A stretch of DNA of 64,000 nt from Octopus vulgaris (taxonomy: Eukaryota): contig OX597831.1 in assembly GCA_951406725.2 (NCBI GenBank), forward strand, positions 65,348,001 through 65,412,000. The letters run 5' to 3'. Of the stretch, positions 53,687 through 64,000 are shown one piece after another. The notes under the pieces are model-generated. The model searched no databases. It saw only the letters and a list, made by a program, of their open reading frames with translations, and was not told the DNA's origin. Numbering within the stretch: position 1 is the stretch's first letter; each line of letters opens with the position of its first letter. A program made the position numbers and the translations under genes.

Positions 53687-54302
53687 TAATGAAATTATTG
53701 TATATAGTCCTCAGGTGCACCACAACTTGTCAAAAAGTGTGCATAAAGCATATGCAGTAATGTACAAATGTCTGGAAAGCGAACAGTGTATGAGTCAGAT
53801 ACATGCTTGCGTGTGTATGGAGGGGAGAAAATCAGGTGTAGTGTTGGCGAATCTCAGAAAGCATGGAAGTTTTGAAGGATGCAGTGCTCCGACAACTAAC
53901 AACTGATGCCAGTAGTTTGTTCCATGCTTCAGCAACTCTTAGCGTGAAAAAATGTTTCCGAAAGTCATGGGAGCTGTGCTGTTTTCTGACTTTGTAAACA
54001 TGTCCACGGGTGTTAGACGGGTGGAGTTTGAAAAGGTGCTCAGAGTTATTGTTTGTAAGATGGTTAATAATTTTATGGGTGTCTGCCAAGTCAGCTGCCA
54101 GACGTCGGAGTTTCAATGTGTCCATGCCCAGGGAAGTAAGGCATTCAGAATATGGCAAATGCCTGATGGAGGATATTCTTTTGGTTGTACATCGCTGAAT
54201 GGTTTCCAGATGATTAATATTCTGGGCAAGATAGGGTTTCCAGACCGGTGATGCAAATTCCAGGTGAGGTCTTACTATATAAAGCAGCAGATAGATAGCC
54301 GG
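53687..54302 (-). mobile_element. 5'-truncated CR1-like LINE
   Basis: Antisense copy of 36297-37003; ORF 53832..54158 ends ...FFTLRVAEAWNKL. Confidence 0.9.
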
Positions 54303-55104
54303 TTGATGCTTGTTGGATTACTGTGGTTTTAGAAACAAGAGATTGGGCCAAAAATGTTTAGTGTAGAATTTTGCAAATGGGCTGAGGTAAAAGAAAGGAA
54401 GCTGTAATAACTGGAGAGCTGCATAGAATAACAGAAGCAATTATCCTCCTTGTTGTGTTGTTGTCATCGTAATCATCATCATTTAAAGTTTGTCTTTCAT
54501 GCTTGATTCTATAGGATTTGGTAAGTCACCGGAGGACTGCATGGTCTGCCGTGCCCTTGATAACTTAACCTCTTTATGTGGAGTACTAGTTGAGTCACTC
54601 ACAAGAATAAAGATTCTTCATGAGTGAGTGGAAGTATAGGAGAGAGGAAGGTGGCCTTTAGGTTAGTTGTTCAGCAAAAAAAAGAAAATCTGACCGGAGG
54701 CCGGGCTGATATCGAACTTACGATTGCGACTTGACAAAGGAAGGAACGAACAAGTGGCAGCCGGCAGGTGAGAGATAGAAAATAAAAAAAAAATGAATGA
54801 AAGGACAGGAACAGGTTACTTGTGGCAGAGATTCATGGTTAGCTTGCAGCATATTAGGGTGAGTATGAATAGTCAGGATGGCGCTGGAAAGGGATAACGG
54901 TGGTGGTGACAAGGAGTTAGCGCAAGTCCTCAAGGCACCTCAAGGTCCTCAAGGTCCTCAAGGTTAGTAGAAGAGAAAGTAGAGTCAGAAGATCAGAAAG
55001 GGTGTGTGTATGGAAGGTGCAGGGGAGTGTGGTGAGTGTGAGGAGGGTGGCTGGCATTTGGGCAGGATGAATACAGTGAATGGTGAACAAGGGTGGATAG
55101 GTGG

Positions 55105-56110
55105 TTATCTTTTACTTGTTTCGATCATTAGACTGTGGCCATGCTGGGGCACCACCTTGAAGAAATTTTAGTTGGATACATTGACCTCAGTACTTATTTT
55201 TTTTAAAGCCTGGTACTTATTCTATCAGTCTCTATTGCTGAACCACTTAGTTATGGGGACATAAATACACCAACATCAGTTGTCAAACAGTGGTGGGAGA
55301 CAGACACAATGACACACACACATGCATGCATGCATGCATACATGCACACATGCATGCACACACACATTTACATATACATATATATATTCACAATTTCATT
55401 TGGCTTGATGGCTCAAGCATGGCATATTGCTGAAGGTCTCAGTCATTTGTCATTGCCTCTGTGAGGGCCAAATGCTGGAAAGGTGCTTTTTACATGCCAC
55501 TGGCACAGGTGTCAGTTACATGACACCTGCATTGGCCACAACTATGAATTCATTTGACTTGACAGGCCTTCTTGGGCATAACATATCACCAAAGGTCTCA
55601 GTCACTAATCATTGCTTCTGTGAGGCCCAATGTTCAAAGATCATGCTTCACCACCTTGCCTCATGTCGTCCTAGGTCCCCTCTTCCACAGGTTCCCTTCA
55701 CAGTTAGAGAGTGGCACTTCTTTACACAGTTGCTCTCAGCCATATGCATCACATAATTATACTAGCACAGTTGTCTCTCTTGCACACCACATCTGATGCC
55801 GCTCATGCCCAACTTTCCTCTCAAGATGTTCACACTCTGTTGCACATGCACACTGACATTGCACATCCAGTGAAGCATGCTAGCTTAATTTCTTTGAAGC
55901 CTACGCATGTCCTCGGTGGTCACAGCCCGTGTTTCACTGCCATGTAGCATAGCTGTTTGCACACAGGCGCCATACAGTCTCCCTTTCACTCTGAGTGAGA
56001 GGCCCTTTGTTGCCATCTGACGTAGGAGCTCTCTGAACTTTGCCAGGTTTATTCTTATTCTTGTAGCTATGTTCTTGCAGCATTCACCTCCACTACTGAC
56101 TTGGTCACCT
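55105..56110 (-). mobile_element. SINE tail fragments plus decayed RTE LINE 3' region
   Basis: SINE tail 55105-55330; minus-strand AMLHGSET and KFRELL-like RTE motifs at 55900-56060. Confidence 0.6.
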
Positions 56111-56391
56111 AAATAACTACTTCTAGCTTACCTGCCTGGCATTTGGTGGAGTCTATTTTCTGTACATATTTAGTGCTTATTTTACCTGTGCACCTTCCAC
56201 ACACTAAAGCTATTTTCCCAGTTGACCTTCCTCTGATATTGCTACACCTCTTATGTGTCCATATTATTGGATGATTTAGCAGTTCACTAAGGTGTACACA
56301 TAAAACTAAAATAAACAGCAGTTTGTAATGTTTCACCAAAATTATAATTTCCCTTCTTGGTGAAACATTGCAAACTGCTGTTTATATTAAT

Positions 56392-56497
<106 letters not shown>

Positions 56498-56516
56498 CAT
56501 ACATATATATTATATA

Positions 56517-56898
56517 CTAGCAGTATAGTTGCTCGGGTTTGTTTTGACGCTTTAGAATTGGAATTTTTGAAAAGTAAAAATTTTGCATTATGTAGCTTGT
56601 TATTCTCTTTAAGTGCACATTTTTCTGGTTAAAATACACCGAAAAATGGTGACACAGCAGTAAAAAAATCATAAAAAATAGGGATTTTCATAGAAAAAAG
56701 CACCTTTTTTATGTAAATAATTTTTGATGTTAACATGGTCCGATTTGCATTTTATCTTCTACAGAAGGAAGAGCAAGCCTTCTATCATACTCTCAATTTT
56801 GGTCAACTTGCGCCGCAGGGTCTCGCAGGAGATAGTGTTAGTTGAAGGCTACCAAACCTGCCACACACAGACAACTCAGCTTTATATATATATAGAGA
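56517..56898 (-). mobile_element. Non-autonomous Helitron-like element
   Basis: CTAG terminus resembling 9653 with a partly deleted hairpin; TC start in a TA tract. Confidence 0.55.
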
Positions 56899-56900
56899 TA

Positions 56901-57230
56901 ATGGGTCATCCCATAAATAATGCAGTTTTTTTATATTTCCTTTATTTTTCAAAATTAAGATAAACAAAGTTCTTTTTTAATCTTAAATATACTCTCCTTC
57001 ATTTTCTACAATGCTCTTCCATCTATCTAGTAGAATTTCAAGGCCCCACTTCCAAAATTAATTTGTCTGTGACAAAATAACACTCCTCCAGTACTGTTCT
57101 GACCTCATCTACAAAGTTCATATCTTTTCTGTTCAAATGATTTTGCAGACCAGATGGGGCAATGTCTGGTGAATAATGCAAACAGAGCATCGTTTCCCAT
57201 TCAAAATGCTCCAGCTTTTGGAATGTCTTT
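56901..57230 (-). mobile_element. Mariner 3' remnant
   Basis: EWETM...YSPDIAPS...LQNHL and RWKSIVENEGEYI; TIR-like GGGTCATCCCATAAATAATGC. Confidence 0.75.
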
Positions 57231-57377
57231 CAGATGTTTGCAGCTGTCATTATAGGTTTGTTGTTAATTGGTTAACTCAATTAATCCTTTGATTGGTTGA
57301 AAATATCGAATGACCTAAAAAGTTAATGCTACTTTTGTCCGTCATTTCCGGTTGTTGTCACCTAATATATTTTCACA

Positions 57378-57840
57378 GACATAGGTACAGGCATGGCTGT
57401 GTGGATATAAGTATAGACATGGCTATGTGGATATAGGCACAGGCATGGCTGTGTGAATATAGATACAAGTGTGGCTATGTGGTAAGTAGCTTGCATCTCA
57501 ACCATATGGTTCAGGGTTCAGTCCCACTGCGTGGCACCTTGGAGTCTTCTGCTATAACCTCGAGTTGACCAAAGCCTTGTGACTTGGTTTTGTAGATGGA
57601 AACTGAAAGCAGACTGTAATATATATATTAATGTGTATGTGTCTTTGTGTCTGTATTTGTCTCCAAACACAGCTTGACAACAAGTGTTGGCATATTTATG
57701 TTCCTGTGACTTAGTGGTTTGGCAAAAGAGGCCAATATAATAAGTACCAGGGTTAAGAAGATAAAACATACCGGAGTTGATTCATTCAGTTAAAAATTCT
57801 TCTAGACCATAGTCTAATGACTGAAACAAATAAAAGACAA
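57378..57840 (+). mobile_element. tRNA-derived SINE with 4x tandem ~26-bp head
   Basis: ATAGGCACAGGCATGGCTGTGTGGAT-like unit repeated before the SINE body. Confidence 0.8.
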
Positions 57841-57844
57841 ATTA

Positions 57845-58410
57845 TCATCATCATCATCATCATCATCATCAACATCGTTTAATGTCTGCTTTCCATGCTA
57901 GCATGGGTTGCATGGTTCAACTGGGGTCTTGGAAGCCAGAAAGCTGCACCAGGCCCAGTCTTATCTAGCAGTGTTTCTACAGCTGGATGCCCTTCTTAAC
58001 ACTAACCACTCCATGAGTGTAGTGGGTGCTTTTTACGTGCCACCAGCACAGGTGCCAGACGAGGCTGGCAAACGGCCACGACCGGATGGTGCTTTTTACG
58101 TGCCACCGGCATGGAGGCCAGGCGAGGCTGGCAACGGTCACAATCGGATGGTGCTTTTTACGTGCCATCGACACGGAGGCCAGTTGGGGTGGCGCTGGCA
58201 ACAGCCACGTTTGGATGGTTCTCTTATGTGCCACCGGCACTGGTATCACAACTACAATTTCCATTGATGTTGATCGATTTCGATTTTGATTTTGATTTTC
58301 ACTTGCCTCAACAGGTCTTCACAAGTAAAGTTTTGTGTCCCAAGAAGGAAAGGTATGCATAAGTGGACTGGCTACATCCCAGTTAGAGGCCACGGGTTAT
58401 GGTCTCATGT
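57845..58410 (-). mobile_element. RTE-tail SINE, long copy with unexpanded subrepeats
   Basis: Has 3-4 diverged ~63-bp subrepeats plus the internal domain seen at 17405-18690. Confidence 0.85.
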
Positions 58411-58744
58411 ATTCGATTATTTTGCTGTGACTGTTTAATGTAAAGACAACTCTAGCTAACCCCATTCAACTGGTACAGTGGGAAAACATCAACATGATTG
58501 CGAGAACTCAATATATTTAGTAGGACACCACTTTATGTATGCATATAATCTGATGTGACCCAGACTGCACTGATTAATGCAACACGACTGGATGCACAAC
58601 ATCCCACCTATAAATAACAGTCGCAGGAAGAGTTGAAACAATCGTCGTACTAAATAAAGACTAATGCCAAATCCATCTTCTGCTTCAATTATTGCTAATT
58701 ATCTATCTGTCTGTTTGTCTATCTATCTAAATATATATATGTAT

Positions 58745-58805
<61 letters not shown>

Positions 58806-58849
58806 ATGTGTGTGTGTGTGTGTGTGTGTGTATGTCATGTCCCTGGCCT

Positions 58850-59300
58850 GCCATGTGTGGCACCTGAAAGATCAAGGGACCCCGTGTGACATCAGGTGGA
58901 ATTTAATTGATTATTTGGGCCCATATATTAATGGAGGTGGTTATTGCAAGATCTGCATTGAGGAGAGAACCAAAATTCTTAAAGACTATAAGAAGCCTGG
59001 CACATTAAACAACCGTAAAGAAGCGTTTTCTAAATGTATCTACTTCAAATGTTACTAGAAAATTGTATCTCCCTGTTTGCATGTTAGGCTTCTCCAAGTC
59101 TATAAAGGTTTTTTTTCCCTCTGATTAAGGAGAAATAACCTGTCGTCATTAACGTTTTTTCTTACTCTTTGAGCTCTGAGTGTTTCTTCACATCTGCGAC
59201 GTTGATATTTAAAAATCTTGTATTCATATGAGTCTGATGAGCTGTCCACAAGGCTTTGACTTTGTGGGTGGGAAACCTTGGGTAACTCTATATAAAATTT
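58850..59300 (+). mobile_element. Penelope-like element 3' end (endonuclease C-terminus + pLTR)
   Basis: WHLKDQG...IRWNLI...PY...CKICIEERTKIL...TLNNRKEAFSKC matches the PLE ORF C-terminus; followed by a hammerhead motif. Confidence 0.8.
59230..59288 (+). ncRNA. Type I hammerhead motif, canonical C3:G8 core (degenerate at 11.1)
   Basis: GAGU-CUGAUGA-g-[12-bp stem II]-GAA-ACCuugGGU-A-ACUC; GUA cleavage triplet at 59282-59284. Confidence 0.75.
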
Positions 59301-59311
59301 TGTATATATAT

Positions 59312-59369
<58 letters not shown>

Positions 59370-59514
59370 TGAATCTACAGAAAACAAAACGAAGACAGGT
59401 GAAGGAACAACAAGCTGGTGTATTAGTTTGACACTCGGGAAGAATGGAAAGGCAGGTACTGTTTATATGTTGGACTGGGGTTTTAAGAGAATACACTGTA
59501 TAAAAGAGTGCAAT

Positions 59515-59915
59515 AATGATGATCGTTGCCAGAGCGGCTAACTGGCTTCCGTGCCGGTGGCATGTAGGAGGCACCATTCGAGTGGGATCGTTATCAGCAT
59601 CGTCTTACTGGCACCTGTGCCGTTGGCATGTGTAAAATATTCGAGCGAGGTCATTGTCAGTACCACATGTCTGGCCCCCAAAATTCGAGCAAGGTTGTTG
59701 CCAGTACCGCCTGACTGGCCCCCGTGCCGGTGGCACGTAAAAGCACCCACTACACTCTCGGGGTGGTTGGCGTTAGGAAGGGCATCCAGCTGTAGAAATT
59801 CTGCCAGATCAAGACTGGAGCTTGGTGCAGCCATCTGGTTTGCCAGCCCACAGTCAAACCGTCCAACCCATGCTAGCATGGGAAGCGGACGTTAAACGAT
59901 GATGATGATGATGAT
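59515..59915 (+). mobile_element. RTE-tail SINE (subfamily of 32620-33115)
   Basis: Shared body and (GAT)n tail. Confidence 0.85.
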
Positions 59916-59961
59916 ATTCTGAGCTGAAACTTTAAATAAATATATATATATATATATATAT

Positions 59962-60365
59962 ACTGCATCGACAACAGATTGCATTCCCAGAATATAGAAT
60001 GATACCTTTTAGTGAGCACATTGAGAAATGCGCAAAGCAACTACTGCCACAATTTTTAATCTTCCCATTTTACCAATGTGCTTTCGGATCATCAACACAA
60101 ATGAGACTGAACAAGGAAACATTCTTCATTGAAAAGTACAAACCCAGACTCAACCATCCGAACATACTGACACAGAGAAATTAACAAGGAAATGGGAAAA
60201 AAATTTTTTAAGCGATTATCTCCCCTACACCGGAAAAAATCACTCACTACCTCCCCTTATTTAGAAATCTCCTGGAAATAAAAACAACGATAAATCCATG
60301 CAATATAAACATAACGTCACAAGAAATTTGAAAAGCTACACGCGAAACCGGTAATTTCTTTAAAA
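59962..60365 (+). mobile_element. Penelope-like element 3' end, second family
   Basis: FSEHIEKCA...FLIFPFYQ...RLNKETFFIEKYKPRLN resembles the GIY-YIG C-terminus; followed by a hammerhead motif. Confidence 0.75.
60321..60360 (+). ncRNA. Intact minimal type I hammerhead motif, U3:A8 variant
   Basis: AAGAAAU-UUGAAAA-GC uacac GC-GAA-ACCGGU-A-AUUUCUU: perfect 7-bp stem I, palindromic stem III, GUA triplet. Confidence 0.8.
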
Positions 60366-60577
60366 ATTTAAAAATTATGTCATTTTAAGGAAAGGAAAAA
60401 AAAAAAAAAAATTTTTCCAATATTCTCCAGACATTTTGACACAAATATATATATCTTTTAACATTTAAGCCTTCTGTCGTTTTTTCACACTTTACTATTT
60501 TCTTATATATTCACCCACGTGCTTTACCAAACAAACTTTCTTATCTATATATATATATATACACATATATATATATG

Positions 60578-60890
60578 TGTAGGTGCAGGGCTCAGTGGTT
60601 TGAGCTTCGGGCTCACACTCATGAGGTAGCAAATTCAATTCCCAGGCTGTGTTGTGTTCTTGTGCAAGGCACTTTATTTCATGTTGTTCCAGTCCACCCA
60701 TGAGATGAGCTGTGATGTCACAGGTGCCAAGCTGTATTGGCCTTTACCTTTCCCTTGGATAACATTGGTGGCATGAAGAAGGGAGGCTGGTATGCATGGG
60801 CGATTACTGGTCTTCCATAAACAACTTTGCCCGGACATGTACCTTGGTGGGGAACTTTTTAGGTGTATTCATGACCGAAGGGATTCTTTA
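60578..60890 (+). mobile_element. tRNA-derived SINE, diverged family
   Basis: GGCTCAGTGGTTTGAGC...AATTCAATTCCCAGGC head and GGCACTTTATTTCA core. Confidence 0.65.
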
Positions 60891-61629
60891 TGTTATATAG
60901 GAATGCGGAGTAGATGAAACAGAGGTGGCTGAAGAAGGGGAATTTTCCTTGGTTGTATGTCTTGTACTCTGTTTTTTCGTTGTTTAAGAAAAATGTGTTT
61001 ATGTTTTCGTTTCTCATTGTGTTCGATGTTCTGTTTGGTGTCCTGTACCCATATATGCATGAATATATACATATAGATGTAGGTACGTACATATATGTAT
61101 GTATATATGCATATGCTTTATTTATTATTTTGTTATTATATATATACCAGTTGGGTACACTACCACACTCACAATATATATATATATATTTATATATATA
61201 AAAGTATGTATATATAAATTAATCTGTACATTTAGATGTCTACATATATTTGGCAAAATATTCTCTACTGCAAAACATAGTAGTGAGAATATTATCTTTG
61301 TCTATCATTTAGTTTTAACAGATTGTTAAACCCAAACAGTGATGCTTTGAAAGGCTCAAGTTCATCTCCAAGTTGTAGCAGGCAACTCCATATCTTTTAA
61401 TTGTTAATGATGGCCAAGAAATAATTTTCTTACTCCTGAATTTGGAATAAAATGTATTTGCAGTATTTAGTTTGGTTCTTTACTTCTCCAATTCCTGTTT
61501 TTTTTTCTCTTTACCTGTGAAATTATTTCCGGCATAAAATTATCTCCCTTTAAATCAATTTAACATCATTTTGTATGGAGATATTTGTAAATGGGATGTA
61601 TATATATGTTTTTTCCCTTTTTTTTTTCT

Positions 61630-62028
61630 TCTTTTGTTTCAGTCATTTGACTGCGACCATGCTGGAGCACCGCCTTTAATCAAGCAAATCGACCCCAGGA
61701 CTTATTCTTTGTAAGCCTAGTACTTATTCTATCAGTCTCTCTTGCCGAACCGCTAAGTTACAGGGACGTAAACACACCAGCATTGATTGTCAAGCAATGT
61801 TGGGGTCACATACAGACACACAAACATATACACACACACACACACACACACACTTTTATATATATGTATACATATATATGACAGGCTTCTTTCAGTTTCC
61901 GTCTACCAAATCCACTCACAAGGCTTTGGTCGGCCCGAGGCTATTGTAGAAGACACTTGCCCAAGGTGCTACGCAGTGGGACTGAACCCGGAACCATGTG
62001 GTTGGTAAGCAAGCTACTTACCACACAG
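61630..62028 (-). mobile_element. tRNA-derived SINE
   Basis: Copy of 5100-5525; followed by (CAT)n/(CAC)n tract 62040-62160. Confidence 0.9.
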
Positions 62029-62088
62029 GTACTCGTGGTTGTTGTCATCATCATTGTTACTACCACTATTATGACAACCATCATTACA

Positions 62089-62128
<40 letters not shown>

Positions 62129-63105
62129 CCACCACCACCACCACCACCACCGCCACCACAATTTTATGCTCTCTTTTTCATGTCTTAACAGCATCTCATC
62201 CCTTGTTATAGTCCTTTGACAGACACAGTAAACAGAAAAAGCTGTCAAACTTTGTTGTGTGTGATTCATGTATATTTTGCGATTTTTTTTTTAAAGGCTA
62301 GAATCACTTTGTAGCGTAACACCACAATAGAAATGCTGTCTGCGACATGATTAAAGAAGTACTCTCAACCCAGGTCCAAACTGAGAGCAGCCCCCAAATA
62401 GCGTCCACCTGTCCCTTCCATTGTATAACTAGCATGACATTAACACTTGAAGATTCAGATTATTTTGTCAAATGTAATACTTTATTGTTTTGAATTTATC
62501 CTGCATTATTTTATAGCTTCAAGATTTTGATTGTTTCGTTTTAGAATGGTGAGAGAGGCTGAATGTGGTCAGTTTGGATGTAAAACAGGTGGAGTATTTT
62601 GGGTCAGATATGGTCAGTTTAAATGCTAAAGGTTTAAAACAGCAAATGCTGATCATGGAATAATAAGTTCCAAAATTTGGGGGTTTTTTTCTGGGCTATA
62701 TTCCAGGCCAGATTCTACAACTATATTAAATATAATTTGCTATTTTTTACCTTTATTTATTTAACACTAAAAAAAAAAAGGCAACAAGTAAAATTATTAT
62801 TCTTTTACTTGCTTTAATCAGTGGACCGTAGTTAGGCTGAGGTAACTGCCCTGAGAGGTGTATTTGGTCAAATCAACACCAATAATTATTTAAAATCTAG
62901 TGCTCATCCTATCATTCTCTTTTGCCAAATGCCTTAGTTAAGGGATGTAAACAAACCAGCACTGATTGACAAGCAGTGACAGAAAAACGATAACACAAAT
63001 ATGCATGTGTGCACACACACACACATGCGCGCACACACACACATAAACACACACACATACACACGTGTGCACACACACACATGCGTGCACACACACACAT
63101 GCATG

Positions 63106-63138
<33 letters not shown>

Positions 63139-63649
63139 TATAGACTTCCTCACTAAATCCATATAGTTCTGAAATAGCTAACCTCATAACCACACAACTA
63201 TGCCTGTCAATTATTTATTTATAATTCTAGGGCAACAAAAAAAAGAAATGTAAATTTTCCGCACCTTTTCCTTATTTAGAAGGAAAAAAAAATACTGCTT
63301 TAATTTCCCATTTGCGTCATAGTAAATCCAACCCTCTTATCAAACAGTATGGGTCCTCTATTCATTGATGCTCTTGGTATGTTACAATTTTGTTCAATGC
63401 TTAATTCAGCTCTGTTTTTACATTGGGTCAAATTTTATTCAGTTTTTATTGTCAGAGATGGTTTGTTTGCATATGAACTGAGAAGCTCACATCACTTCTT
63501 ATGTAATGAAATTATGCTTCATATAATAATGATATTCATCTTTCTGGCTGTCTGGCTCCCTGTCTAGCTATCTGTGTGCATAGAGGTAAATATGCACGCA
63601 TGCACACATGCATGCACACACACATGGTGCAGAAAAGTTAGAAAACATA

Positions 63650-64000
63650 ACAGAAAACATATATAAACACCCCAAAAGATAGCCATCCATGATGACCATC
63701 CAAACTTATTAGAAAAAACTACTTATAATGTGCATAACTTGCATAACTGAAGTGCCCTTTTTGCTGCCCACAAGGTTATATATACAAACAGCCAGATGGA
63801 GTTCCCCCTTAGGACCTGCGTTTGCAGTATTCCACTGGTTCACAATAAAGAAGAGAATAATACCAAAACTCATGCACACAATATACACCAGATACATAGA
63901 TCACTTGCTAGTTGTAATGGATACATGAATTTGAGGAATTAAGGAATACTTAAATTTAGTATCCAGAATAATACAAATGAGATCCTGTTTTAGACATAAA
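63650..64000 (+). mobile_element. Penelope-like RT fragment
   Basis: TCITEVPF...LYIQT...SPLGPAFA...IYTRYIDHLLV resembles PLE RT motifs (MGSPLGP..A; YxRYIDD). Confidence 0.7.

Noticed and set aside
54320-54350. WF(frameshift)RNKR as homeodomain helix 3
   Set aside because: Needs a frameshift, the upstream residues do not fit and there is no acceptor; likely chance
60925-60955. CTGAAGA-AGGGG hammerhead start
   Set aside because: No matching stem II closure, GAAA or stem III downstream

Overview
AT-rich, repeat-dense eukaryotic DNA. The SINE families look like those of Octopus (inference from recognised repeats, not a search). The only well-supported protein gene is the 3' half of a Rab8-type GTPase on the + strand: four phase-0 exons at 7924-8001, 9091-9180, 20101-20217 and 26653-26748, ending in the CaaX box CKLL, followed by a long, nearly TE-free putative 3'UTR. 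The rest is mostly mobile-element debris: tRNA-head and RTE-tail SINEs, mariners, piggyBac remnants and MITEs, non-autonomous Helitrons, and CR1, RTE, Jockey-like, REL-endonuclease, Gypsy and Penelope-like (PLE) fragments. One SINE contains a 63-bp x ~27 tandem array that produces the long spurious ORFs. The most notable signals are: (1) four hammerhead-ribozyme-like motifs between 48.2 and 60.4 kb whose 3:8 core pair covaries (C:G, G:C, U:A, U:A), two of them inside small TSD-flanked fold-back insertions; (2) an exon-like ORF ending in the first 24 residues of a divergent NK-like homeodomain at a splice donor; (3) a hairpin-rich RTE 5' leader with a cUUCGg tetraloop.
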